This document shows positions 46,201-55,163 of a stretch of DNA of 64,000 bases, in pieces. How positions within the stretch are numbered: position 1 is the first letter of the stretch; every line of letters starts with the position of its first letter. Origin of the DNA: Candidatus Woesearchaeota archaeon (lineage in GTDB: Archaea; Nanobdellota; Nanobdellia; SCGC-AAA011-G17; GW2011-AR18); the NCBI GenBank assembly GCA_964497265.1, contig CAZCCK010000004.1, positions 606 through 64,605 on the forward strand, in the 5' to 3' direction. A model generated the notes under the pieces. That model saw nothing but the letters and a program-made list of their open reading frames with translations. It was not told where the DNA came from and searched no databases. Position numbers and translations under genes: made by a program.

Positions 46201-48578
46201 CGGTCTTTGATCCTCAGACAAAGCAAATAAATCCTGATTCTATTAAGCCTACTGAGCTTAAACAGATTACTCAGTTGCAGTTTAAGATTTATGATGAAGG
46301 CGCTGATGAGGTTGTTAAGCAGGCAACAGTAAATTGTCTGCAAAATGTGAATTCGCAAGTCGCAGCTAAAAATACTCCTGCATACACGTTGCCTTGTGTT
46401 CAGAAGAGGTTGAACGCGTTAAATGTTCCTGATCCTTCTGGTTTGTATGTTAACCCAGTTTTTATTGGTGCTGCGAATCAGATAAGTGCGGATGCTGCTG
46501 TTGCGAGTGCTTTAAGTAATTATAAGGATCAGTTGTTAGTTGATCAAGGAAGTCTAGCAAAGAAAGGCGCTTTACCAAAGGCAAGTTTGTTTAAAGTTTA
46601 TTCTTCTCCGATTGTTCCTCGTGGAAACGAATTGAAGAGTTTAGATTATGCTTATTTACAAGAAGGCGCAACTCCAGGCGGTCTTGTCGCGCAATATAAT
46701 CCTGAGTCTGGAAAAACATTCTGTTATCCTACTGGTAAAAACGGAGAGTATATTTTAGTCTTGGAAAGATATCCTGAGAATGGAAGAGTGAGAACGTTTA
46801 GAGCGATGAATGTTGGGTTGAATGGGGTGATGGAGTGTGGTGGCTCTGGTGATGATGTTCTTGCGGATAAGGGAGACGAGTCTACGCTAAACTTACCTGA
46901 AAATGCGAAGTTAAAGAATGATTACCTTTCTATTGTTGAGCGTGCTCCTACATGCAAGAAAGATGGGGATCAAGCTGGTTTTGTTTTTAATACTAAGGGA
47001 AATAAGATTCCTGTTGTTTGTAGTATGAAGCAGTCTTTATTGAACGCTGCGTTGAGTAATCCTAAGTGTGTGGATGTAATGGAGCCTGAAGATTGTAAGA
47101 TTTTGTTTAATGTGTGTGATCCTGTGATGTGCCCTGCTTCTAGGTGTAATTTAGGTGGAAGGTATCAAGTTCCGGATGTCATCCAGTCTGGTATTGTTGG
47201 TTCTTTATTCTTGTGCGCTCCAAATATTAAGCAGGGTGTTGTTGTTCCAGTATGTTTGACTGGTGTGCTTGCCGGTTTAAAGAATATTAAGAGTTTGCTT
47301 GAAAGTTATGCTGATTGTTTGGAAGCGAATTTGAAAGATGGAAAGAATGTCGGCTTCTGCGATTATATTAGGAGTGTTGGTGTGTGTGAGTTAGTTTGGA
47401 GAGAGTCAACAAGTTTACTTGGAATTAAAGGTGGAGTGATTGATTACTTGTCGGATAAAGTCTTTTCTGAGCCTGAAGGTGGAGCAGAGTATTTAACGTT
47501 CCAGAATTCGTTGCAAAACGTTGGTTCTTCGTTTAATTATTTTACGACTGAATATTCGAATACGTACGTTGCCGCACTGAAAGGTTCTTCTACTGCTGAG
47601 GTTGGTTCTCAGATTTGTAGGCTTGGAGTGTATGGCAGGTTGCCTACTGCTGGTGAAGTGTTAGATAAATTATCTGAGCCTGAAGATCCCCCTCAATTCT
47701 TTGCGTTGTTAGATGAAGCTCCGTATACGCAGACTGTTGGCGAGTCTCCTCTTGCGCTAAATGTTCCTGCGAGTGCTAAAGAGCTTTCATTGTATAAAGT
47801 GTTTTATCATATCTATGCTGGAACTGGCTATGCGCAAGATCAAGCTGTTTTTGCAGAGCCGTTGAATCCTGCGACAAATCAGCCAAATAAAGCTGTAACG
47901 TACTCTGTTGTTTTAAGAAATAGGGAAGCGGGGTTACCAGATGTGTACATGACTTCGGAAGGAGAGTTTTTACAGAATCAAGCGACGATTGCGCGCGGTC
48001 AGTACGCTCAAAAAACAGTACAAAAGGTGGCGGTTCCTGGTTATAATGAGGTGTGTATTGTTTTGAATGGTAAGGAAGCGTGTGGTTTTGGAAAAGTAAG
48101 TTCTTCTTTTTCTTTGAATTATTTGAATGATCGTCTTGTTGAGTCTGATAGTAAGAAAAAGATTACTTCTAGCGAGCAGTGTGTTCCAAATGTTCCGACA
48201 AGTGGGGTTGCTTTAGGTAGTTTAGCTACCCCTGAGAAGTATGGTGTTACCAGTACGGGAATAAGTAGGGTTTGTAATCCTACGCCTCCGACAGCTGATC
48301 TTTCTAGATGGGCAGATGTAGGTTCTTGTGGAAAGGATAAGAATGGGATTGATCGTGGAACATGTTGGCTTGATAAAAATTCTGTGCGCGTTCAAGATCT
48401 TGAGGCAAAGAAAGAGATTAATGTTGCTTTGAAACAATCTGGTTTAGCTGAAAGTGAAAAATCAAAAGTTCTTTCTAGTGAGGACAGTGTAAAGAAGTTG
48501 TCTGAATTAAATACAAAGAGAGATAGCATTCTTGCTCAGTTGAGAGCTGCAGTGCAAAGATTGGCAGGTGCTCTATGA
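43296..48578 (+). CDS. Giant (1760 aa) secreted protein of unknown function
   Basis: Signal peptide MKKSSVIAVFCMVLIVTLPLVVAQS. Continuous ORF with no recognisable catalytic motif. Cys-rich segment near aa 1230-1330. Start and stop overlap the neighbouring genes. Confidence 0.55.
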   Translation: MKKSSVIAVFCMVLIVTLPLVVAQSQYSSSSQSLLPGYQPNEVAFFQQPSSLADLLGGAFSQALGTEQDLGEALVIYAATPDPPFIRASALEQQPLPIYIPLRATDFGSILGKVSEDPSQRDPFTGFTSLPPVKRMVVKLNRTNPFVNTIKYIPPESGFSKDNMGYLVVVLNRLRNETSLPTARSQQTSVFNNSLPQDVVPNLGADTPVIDLDLTAEIYLNLQESSLTNLGQRDLVLKPESENDFLKKSSKEENAFYNDRAYVRASAIGQDRVTLNVYNKDLLPLTFFSAPNAPAGSKVASVSLTTNQVSSPVRLGISSNPLQDSVVFKLNNVVLPANSVSYQLSTSSQTFEREANEGSFLYPGSHWQIISVKKNERDATAEQVRKQGFTLDSASRKKVEQAQPGDIKIVSYQVFLKNSATGESRSLEREVVTGSTFNFDFPPLDDATALALEEMYCPSALQKTANEDYGCAAVRSFKQVINDYPASAEAKSAYGQLVDVYDNDLISNPACKVIGKDQVLDEDKCSLFLDDMFSLAYYYASKVKVSNPVLLQKLRDGFGGKGGFEFLEDEGIGFQVKNVKIATNDDKGKFSLSVNRNPLVMLQVGNTIPNLVGTTTKGDLFKFIVRQINQNSVLVEKKKVADINLPVDEKSVSFGSLTLISGQNNVLLKKGEENQQDENVLLDIGSIEVNTRASISIIPGANRGLARSSFRVHIPIEPRPFPNLGETLKGHINATRKLVADLDSVITKMDTVVKSWKKLCIITFAFVTLKSSFLGGTTRTLARRGVAQVYKKDCATQVAATKFRSVDDCLASRTDELSKDVDANQKAIEAVQSQLSKETPDHLKMCGDVPFQEARLLGATIQDCQEYLRLKALKSEQTSDLLKIEADKSLTDLKFEQKKDLISQASKAYEDNKDKLPFKGDDAAQKGMQYYANLFEQEQQKKTPIREDVINVPSLIPNGKDTAIAILNPVFDPQTKQINPDSIKPTELKQITQLQFKIYDEGADEVVKQATVNCLQNVNSQVAAKNTPAYTLPCVQKRLNALNVPDPSGLYVNPVFIGAANQISADAAVASALSNYKDQLLVDQGSLAKKGALPKASLFKVYSSPIVPRGNELKSLDYAYLQEGATPGGLVAQYNPESGKTFCYPTGKNGEYILVLERYPENGRVRTFRAMNVGLNGVMECGGSGDDVLADKGDESTLNLPENAKLKNDYLSIVERAPTCKKDGDQAGFVFNTKGNKIPVVCSMKQSLLNAALSNPKCVDVMEPEDCKILFNVCDPVMCPASRCNLGGRYQVPDVIQSGIVGSLFLCAPNIKQGVVVPVCLTGVLAGLKNIKSLLESYADCLEANLKDGKNVGFCDYIRSVGVCELVWRESTSLLGIKGGVIDYLSDKVFSEPEGGAEYLTFQNSLQNVGSSFNYFTTEYSNTYVAALKGSSTAEVGSQICRLGVYGRLPTAGEVLDKLSEPEDPPQFFALLDEAPYTQTVGESPLALNVPASAKELSLYKVFYHIYAGTGYAQDQAVFAEPLNPATNQPNKAVTYSVVLRNREAGLPDVYMTSEGEFLQNQATIARGQYAQKTVQKVAVPGYNEVCIVLNGKEACGFGKVSSSFSLNYLNDRLVESDSKKKITSSEQCVPNVPTSGVALGSLATPEKYGVTSTGISRVCNPTPPTADLSRWADVGSCGKDKNGIDRGTCWLDKNSVRVQDLEAKKEINVALKQSGLAESEKSKVLSSEDSVKKLSELNTKRDSILAQLRAAVQRLAGAL

Positions 48579-51500
48579 AGAAAGCAGTTTTACCTTTAAT
48601 ATTCCTTCTTTTTATTTCTCTTGTAGTTGCTCAGTCTGATATTTGTGATAAACAGAATGTGAAGTGTTTAGAGAAAGATCCTGCGAGTGTTACATTAATT
48701 AATGATTTTCGTTCTTTAGAGTATGGTCAACTTGCTACGTTTTCTAGTGATAATGATGTTTCTGCTAAAGCGTTGTACGATCAAGCTTCTGGTTTTAAGG
48801 ACATTGCTCTTTTGAAAAGGCAGTATGAAGGTGTTGTTCACTCTAATAAGAAAGTAAGCCAAGTATTAAACGCTTTTTCTGAGAATGTTTTAAGCGCTCA
48901 TAAAGATTCTTCAGGTAATATAAGATTTGATTTTTTTGTCTCTTCTGCTGATGCTGCAACGTATGTCCTTAATTGGAATAATCAGGTGGTTGCGCAGGCG
49001 ACAGAGAACGATCTTCAAGGGAACAGTATTGTTTTTCTAGTAAGTGCTGACGAATTGCAAAAGGCAGGTGTAACAAGTCTCGATATTTCTGAATTTTCTA
49101 AGTTTAGTGTTTCAAAGGGAGATGAGCAAGGAAAGGTGTTTGCTCGTTATGGGGTGAGTAGTGTTTCTGTTCCTTCTCCTTTAATTTCTGCGGCTACGGT
49201 GGATCGTATTCCTGCAGATTCAATAAGTATTGGCTACGATCCTGCCAAACTTGCTCTTGAGATAAGCATTGCTCCTAATCAAGTCGGTTCAACAGCTCAT
49301 TTGTTAATTGATGATCAGGATATTCAGCTTAATGGTGGGATTGGTGTTGATGGGAAGTTTAAGGCAAAGGTGGACCTTTCCTATCCGAATCAGATAAAAT
49401 TAAAAGATGCGTTAATGAAAGATAGTTCTTTACTTTTCAGTGCGAAAATTAAGACAACTGACGCAACATTTACTCCTTCCGAGATTTATGTTACTGCTCC
49501 TAGACTTTTAGAATCGTCTGGAGTGATTCCTGTTGTTATTGCTCCTACTCCGCCTACAGCGCCTGAAAAGAAAGTGCAAGCTGAGCAAGTAGGGATTATT
49601 GATTTGACAAATACTGAAGAGTTAAAGCAGCAAGCAATTACAGCTTGTGCTCAAGAAGCTTTGGGAATTGAGTTAAGTAAACCCAATTCGAAACAGGTGG
49701 AAGTTATTCAGCAAAGAATGACGTCTGTTCAACCAGGTGCTTCTGATACGTTGGTTAATTTAGTTCGATCTGCTACAAATGATCCTTCAGAGCAGGTAAC
49801 TTTAGCAGGTATTATGTCCAAAGAGTCGCTAGCGAAGGTCGATATTGGTGACAGTTCTGCTGGAGCGCGTGGAGTGATGCAGTTTATTTCTCTTTCTGCT
49901 GTTGAGATGAAAGTTCCCTATAAGGATTCGTATGGCGATCGTTGTGCGAACAAAGCTGCTGCAAAAGTTACTGGACAGTGCGCATTATGTCTTCCTTCTG
50001 GATGTAATAATGGTGATGCTCGAAAGCAGCCGGATATAGAGATTGCTTCAGCGAATGTATTATTACAACAAAAGAAAAAAAGTTTACAAAAATGTATTAA
50101 AGATAGTACTCAAGGAAAGAATATTGTTGTTCCTCCAGAGGATTTATTTAAGTTTACCATTGCTGCTTACAATAGGGGTGAAGGAAATATTTGTCATGAT
50201 ATTGAACGGGTAATTAGTCAAGGTTCTCAAAAAGATGCTTCAAAAGTAACCTGGGAAGATGTTGCGGCCTTGCAATTATTTCCAAGTCAGACACGTTGTT
50301 ATGTTCCTGCAGTAATCTTTTTTATGTCTGCGCATAGAAATTTATTTAATGTAGAAACTATTGGTGTTTCAAAAGAAACTGTATCCACTCAGTTAGGATG
50401 TGCTGATTGTGGTTTAGATAACCAATGCAGTGCAGATGATTGTCGTCAAAGAGGGTGTATTGTTGTTTCTAAGATTATTGGTTCTTCTTGTGCAGATAAG
50501 CCTGCGGAGGTGGTTACTCCAACACCAAATCAAGATCCTTGTAATGCTTGTGGAAAAGAGTGGACTGCTTTTTGTAATAAAAAGAATTGTGATGAAATTA
50601 AGAGTTTGTTAGAATCTCAAGGAATCGGATCTTGCACATATACGCCTGGAGTAGTTGATAGTATTTTTGGTGGTTCTTGTTCTTCAGCTGTAACAGCAAA
50701 TCCTTTAGTGGGTGGTTGTACGAATGTGGACCGATCGAAAAAGATCTTTCCGCTCAGAAGTGTGCAGGTAACTTCTTGTTATGGAAAACGGATTTTAAAG
50801 GGAAGTGAGCAATGGCATCCGGGTATTGATTTTAATGCGCCTATAGGAACAGATGTTTTGGCGGTTGATGAGGGCACGGTTTCAAAGATTTGTGTGGGTA
50901 GTGCTAAGACTGATTGTGGTGGTTACGGGTACTATGTGAGAATCAAGCACCCTGATGGAAGTATTAGTCAATATAATCATCTTTCGCAGTCCTCAGTTTC
51001 TAACGGAGAAAATGTCAAACAAGGACAGGTTATTGCAAAAAGTGGAAATACGGGCGATGTTACAGGTCCCCATTTACATTTCAATATTTATTGTAGTGAA
51101 CAGGATCTAAATGCGGGTCAGGATTATAAGTTAGATCCATTTTATTATTTACCTGACATTCCTTTAGCGAAAATTAATCAAAATGCGTGTAGGCTTTCTC
51201 CGATCTTTAATCAGATTTACGCGGTTAATCCTCAATCTCCGCAAGTTTTAGCAGCGCAGCCTCTTGCAAATGAACCAAGTGATGACGCTCATCCTGCTGA
51301 TTTGAATGTAGAAATTCATCCTCAAGAAGTATATTTAGTGTGGTCTGAAGGAGAGTTCGAACCTCCAACGCTCGTGCCACAGTTAACAAGTAAGCCGGTT
51401 GTAGGTACAAGATATTTAGCTGATGCTTCTGATGGTTTTTATGTTGAGCAAGTTTCAAAAGACGGAATTTCGCTTTCGTTGTTTTCTACAGATGAGCAGG

Positions 51501-52219
51501 GTGTGGTCAATCAGGTACAGCCTTTAGCTTTTGCTAATCTGGTAAAAGCTTCTTTGAATGGTGCAGAATATGATTTTGTTCCTGTTGAGGAAAATAAGTT
51601 GTATGTGCAGCCAGAGGTAAAGCATGTGTTTGTTGCGAGTACTATTGAGCCTGGTTTTCCAGTGAGAGTAGTTGATCTAACTCAGAATTCAAAGATTACT
51701 GGCGCTGTTATTACTGAGCATTCTGAAAAAGATATTCCGGAAGTATTTGTATTTAAGCATGGAGAATCAAGAGAGGTAAATGCGATTAATTATGTTGTGT
51801 TGCATCATACTGGCACGTTTAGTGCTCAAGATACGATGAAAGTGCTCTCAAAGAGAGGGCTTTCTGTGCATTATGTTTTGGATAAGGATGGCGCTTTATA
51901 CCGACTTGTTCCAGAAGAGGAAATCGCGTGGCATGCAGCTGGAAGAAATGCTGATTCTATTGGTATTGAGATTGTGAATACGGGTAATGCTGAGGATAAG
52001 TATACGCAAGAGCAGTATAGGGTGATTAGTGTTCTTTTAGATTATTGGGCAAAGACGTATCCGAATTTTAAGAAAGATAATGAGCATGTGTTAGCGCATT
52101 ATGAGGTTTCTAGTCAGAAGTGGGATCCTTCTCCTAATTTTGATTGGAGTCAGATTGGGTTAGAAGGGCACGCTTTGGCGAGTTCTGATCAAGTTCCAAA
52201 AGGGGCAGGGTATGCATAA
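48575..52219 (+). CDS. Secreted multi-domain peptidoglycan hydrolase: SLT lytic transglycosylase, M23 (LytM) endopeptidase and Amidase_2/PGRP N-acetylmuramoyl-L-alanine amidase
   Basis: Signal peptide. SLT motif SKESLAKVDIGDSSAGARGVMQF (about 49800). M23 motifs HPGIDFNAPIGTDVLAVDEGTV, GYGYYVRIKHPDGSISQYNHLS and TGDVTGPHLHFNIY (about 50800-51160). Amidase_2 INYVVLHHTG...GLSVHYVLDKDGALYRLVPEEEIAWHAAGRNADSIGIEIVNTG...DPSPNFDW (about 51700-52150). Confidence 0.75.
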   Translation: MKKAVLPLIFLLFISLVVAQSDICDKQNVKCLEKDPASVTLINDFRSLEYGQLATFSSDNDVSAKALYDQASGFKDIALLKRQYEGVVHSNKKVSQVLNAFSENVLSAHKDSSGNIRFDFFVSSADAATYVLNWNNQVVAQATENDLQGNSIVFLVSADELQKAGVTSLDISEFSKFSVSKGDEQGKVFARYGVSSVSVPSPLISAATVDRIPADSISIGYDPAKLALEISIAPNQVGSTAHLLIDDQDIQLNGGIGVDGKFKAKVDLSYPNQIKLKDALMKDSSLLFSAKIKTTDATFTPSEIYVTAPRLLESSGVIPVVIAPTPPTAPEKKVQAEQVGIIDLTNTEELKQQAITACAQEALGIELSKPNSKQVEVIQQRMTSVQPGASDTLVNLVRSATNDPSEQVTLAGIMSKESLAKVDIGDSSAGARGVMQFISLSAVEMKVPYKDSYGDRCANKAAAKVTGQCALCLPSGCNNGDARKQPDIEIASANVLLQQKKKSLQKCIKDSTQGKNIVVPPEDLFKFTIAAYNRGEGNICHDIERVISQGSQKDASKVTWEDVAALQLFPSQTRCYVPAVIFFMSAHRNLFNVETIGVSKETVSTQLGCADCGLDNQCSADDCRQRGCIVVSKIIGSSCADKPAEVVTPTPNQDPCNACGKEWTAFCNKKNCDEIKSLLESQGIGSCTYTPGVVDSIFGGSCSSAVTANPLVGGCTNVDRSKKIFPLRSVQVTSCYGKRILKGSEQWHPGIDFNAPIGTDVLAVDEGTVSKICVGSAKTDCGGYGYYVRIKHPDGSISQYNHLSQSSVSNGENVKQGQVIAKSGNTGDVTGPHLHFNIYCSEQDLNAGQDYKLDPFYYLPDIPLAKINQNACRLSPIFNQIYAVNPQSPQVLAAQPLANEPSDDAHPADLNVEIHPQEVYLVWSEGEFEPPTLVPQLTSKPVVGTRYLADASDGFYVEQVSKDGISLSLFSTDEQGVVNQVQPLAFANLVKASLNGAEYDFVPVEENKLYVQPEVKHVFVASTIEPGFPVRVVDLTQNSKITGAVITEHSEKDIPEVFVFKHGESREVNAINYVVLHHTGTFSAQDTMKVLSKRGLSVHYVLDKDGALYRLVPEEEIAWHAAGRNADSIGIEIVNTGNAEDKYTQEQYRVISVLLDYWAKTYPNFKKDNEHVLAHYEVSSQKWDPSPNFDWSQIGLEGHALASSDQVPKGAGYA

Positions 52220-52940
52220 GAATTTTATTCTAGATCTTATTTTTACGGTTTTATTGATTTCTCTTCTTATTTTTGTAAGAACAGAATCTAAAAGTTATTT
52301 TCAGCAAGTTCAGGGCTTTTCAGAAGATATTGCACATATTGAGAATGGGCTGTCTTCGAATGAGTTTACAGAGCAAGATACGTTAAACGCAGACCAAACG
52401 TTAACAAGTTTGAATAAGATCTTAACAAAATCTATTTTTTTAAATGTTCTTCTTCTACCTTTAGTTATTTTTTTGTTGTGGGTTGTCTTTCAAGGTCTGA
52501 TTTGGAGGTCTTTAACAAAGATGAGCTTAAGCAAATTTGCTTTAATTTCAATTATTCCAGTAGTTCTTTTCTTTTCTTTAATTTTATATTTTTTAGAATA
52601 TGTTTCTTTTGTTTTTTTTAAAGATACAACTGCTTCTTTAGTGGTTCTAATCTTAATGGTTCTCTTATTATTCATTGTCAATTATTTTTATTTAATCCTT
52701 GTTTTAAAACCAAATCTAAAAATGAAAGAAATTTTTAAAATAGCTAAGACTAAATTCTCTAAATTAATTGTTCCTTATTTAATTTTAAGTCTAACTGCCT
52801 TTATCTATTTAATTTTAGGCGTTTTAATTTTTATTTTTAGTTATGTTGGTACTTCTTTCATCATTCCGGCTTTACTTTTAGCGCTTCTTTTAATTCTCTT
52901 GCAGTACGAAAGAAAGTGGTTGCTTAAGCTAGCTTTTTAA
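52212..52940 (+). CDS. Polytopic membrane protein (about 6 TM) ending the giant-protein operon
   Basis: The start overlaps the previous stop. Mostly hydrophobic helices. Confidence 0.45.
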   Translation: MHKNFILDLIFTVLLISLLIFVRTESKSYFQQVQGFSEDIAHIENGLSSNEFTEQDTLNADQTLTSLNKILTKSIFLNVLLLPLVIFLLWVVFQGLIWRSLTKMSLSKFALISIIPVVLFFSLILYFLEYVSFVFFKDTTASLVVLILMVLLLFIVNYFYLILVLKPNLKMKEIFKIAKTKFSKLIVPYLILSLTAFIYLILGVLIFIFSYVGTSFIIPALLLALLLILLQYERKWLLKLAF

Positions 52941-52991
52941 GAAGCAAAGCGCTAAGAAAGATTTATATAGAAGTTTATACATTGTATAAAC

Positions 52992-53204
52992 ATGGAGATA
53001 GAAAGTAAAATCAGAAAGTGGGGAAATTCGTACGGGGTAATCCTTCCAAAGCAGTTTCTCGAATCAGAACACTTGCAAGAGGAAGATGTAGTAAAGATTA
53101 ATGTTACTGCTAAAAAAGCGGATATTGCTAAACTCCGAGGGTTATGGAAGTTTAAGCGTCCAATTAAAGAAATCATGAAAGAAATCAAGGAAGGATATGA
53201 GTAG
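52992..53204 (+). CDS. AbrB/MazE/SpoVT-type antitoxin (VapB-like)
   Basis: KIRKWGNSYGVILPKQFLE looped-hinge-helix motif. 70 aa. Its stop abuts the next start. Confidence 0.6.
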   Translation: MEIESKIRKWGNSYGVILPKQFLESEHLQEEDVVKINVTAKKADIAKLRGLWKFKRPIKEIMKEIKEGYE

Positions 53205-53584
53205 TGTCCGAATTTTTTTATGATAGTTATGCGATTATAGAATTTATAAATAATAATCCTAGATTTGTCCGCTACTTTACTGAAAATGGGGGTGTGACTA
53301 CGTTATACAATGTCTTAGAAGTTTATTATGCGATTATAAAAGAAGGTGGTGCTCATGAAGCAAAGAAAGTGCTGGAGTTATTAAGGCCGATAATTGTATA
53401 TCCTGATATAAGTTATGTTGAAGAGTCTATGAAGTTTAGGTTGGAGAATAAAGAAAAAAAGTTATCCTACGCTGATTGTTTGGGGTATATAATCGCTAAA
53501 AGGAAGAAAATAAAATTTCTTACTGGAGATGAGGGGTTTAGACATTTAGCCAACGTGGAATTTGTTAAGGCAAATGAGATCTAA
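53204..53584 (+). CDS. PIN-domain toxin (VapC-like)
   Basis: N-terminal FFYDSYAIIE (first Asp), SYADCLGYIIA and LTGDEGF acidic residues. 126 aa, paired with the AbrB-like gene. Confidence 0.55.
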   Translation: MSEFFYDSYAIIEFINNNPRFVRYFTENGGVTTLYNVLEVYYAIIKEGGAHEAKKVLELLRPIIVYPDISYVEESMKFRLENKEKKLSYADCLGYIIAKRKKIKFLTGDEGFRHLANVEFVKANEI

Positions 53585-53627
53585 ATGATCGATTATTTTT
53601 TGTTGCTTAAGCTAGTTCTTTAAGAAT

Positions 53628-54311
53628 TTAGAGTTTTGAGCGAGTTTGAGCTAGTTCTTCTTGAGTAAGTACAAAGTTTTTCCCGTAAGAATCGTCAGAA
53701 AGAGTTTTCCAAAGTCCAGTGCAACTTCGAAAGAAACGCTGTGCTCTATTATAATAAGCTGAATCTAAGGCAAGATAGGCTTTGGGATTAAAGTTTTTCT
53801 TTATTTTATCTTCATGTTTTCCTTCGCTAAAGGCATTAAAAAGAGATTTTGTTCCTTTGATTAATCCCAAAACAAGCTGAAAATTGTATTCATCAAATGC
53901 GGAAGTTAATGTTTTTTGGTATTCTCGTAGAGTAGAGACTGTTTTAAATTCTTTGAACCATCTTCTTTGAAGGTCTTCTATCATTTCCGCAGGAAATCCT
54001 TGCTGAGTGAGAAGTCCATTTTTTGAGGCGTAATAAATATGGGGTTGAGTGGCTTGTGCGATCACGAGTTCTAGAAATTCAAGGTGGAGTAGCGTCTTTT
54101 GACGATTGTGTACTATTGAAGGAATTTGAGCGTAAGAGGTGATAGGAGAAGGAAGGGTAGCGTGAAAAAGTGGTGTTTCTGCCAAAAGCAGATCCTGGAG
54201 AGCAAGATCTGTAAGAAGTGTGTCTTTAAAATCTCTTGTAAGTTCGTGAAGGTTTTTTATTTTTTCTTTGTCTGCTTCTCCATAAAATAAATAATCTGAA
54301 AGTTCTCCCAT
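53628..54311 (-). CDS. Hypothetical protein
   Basis: 227-aa ORF. Confidence 0.35.
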   Translation of the reverse strand: MGELSDYLFYGEADKEKIKNLHELTRDFKDTLLTDLALQDLLLAETPLFHATLPSPITSYAQIPSIVHNRQKTLLHLEFLELVIAQATQPHIYYASKNGLLTQQGFPAEMIEDLQRRWFKEFKTVSTLREYQKTLTSAFDEYNFQLVLGLIKGTKSLFNAFSEGKHEDKIKKNFNPKAYLALDSAYYNRAQRFFRSCTGLWKTLSDDSYGKNFVLTQEELAQTRSKL

Positions 54312-54489
54312 AAAAAAGTGAGAGAAGAAAAGTTTATTAGAGTTCTCTTAACTTAATTAGCGATGGGAGTATCCTTGCCAGCAATAGGGTCTACGTTTTC
54401 CTTGGACGATTTCTGTGCATGTTCTTTGGAGGTTGTTTGCTGCTTGTAGGTAATGAAAAGGTTTAATTAATCTCATTTGTTTAAGTGGT

Positions 54490-55104
54490 TTGATGGTTCG
54501 TTTGTTGTTGACGTCTGCGGGTTTAGTTAATGCTAAGTTGGTTCAAGAATTTTTAGATCTTTTGGAAAAGCCTGTTTCTGGGGTTAAGGTTGTGTTGGTT
54601 CCTACTGCTTCGAGAAGTAAGGAGGAGTTAGAGTATGTTGAGGAGTCAAAGGAAGAATTGAAGTCTTTAGGTGTTAAAGAGGTTAAAACCTTGAATTTAG
54701 ATAAGAAAATAAGTTATGAAGAGTTAAAAGGGTATGATTGTGTGTATGTATGTGGTGGGAATACTTTTTATTTGTTGAAGAAAGTGAGGGAGAGTGGTTT
54801 TGATAAGGTTTTAGAACGGTTTCTCAAAGAGAATAAATTGTATGTTGGTGTGAGTGCGGGAAGTATTCTTGCTGGTCCGAGTATTGAGATTGCGGGTTGG
54901 GGTAGTGAAGGGGATCAGAATGATGTTCATTTGAAAGAGTTAGCAGGGTTGAATTTTACAAAAATTGCAGTATATCCTCATTTTAAAGAAAAACTTAAAG
55001 GGGAAGTGGAAGAATTCAAGAAAAAAGTAAAATACAAAGTAATCTCTTTAACTGATGAGCAAGCTTTACTTGTTAAAGCCCAATCAGAAAAAATTATTCG
55101 GTAA
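54490..55104 (+). CDS. Peptidase S51 family (dipeptidase E / cyanophycinase-like)
   Basis: YVCGGNTFYLLKK and VGVSAGSILAG (Ser nucleophile elbow), then a His region. Confidence 0.6.
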   Translation: MMVRLLLTSAGLVNAKLVQEFLDLLEKPVSGVKVVLVPTASRSKEELEYVEESKEELKSLGVKEVKTLNLDKKISYEELKGYDCVYVCGGNTFYLLKKVRESGFDKVLERFLKENKLYVGVSAGSILAGPSIEIAGWGSEGDQNDVHLKELAGLNFTKIAVYPHFKEKLKGEVEEFKKKVKYKVISLTDEQALLVKAQSEKIIR

Positions 55105-55163
55105 GTTATTTTTGCTGCTTCTAGGTAGGAAAGGTTTTTATAAGATAAATTGGATGGAAGGGT

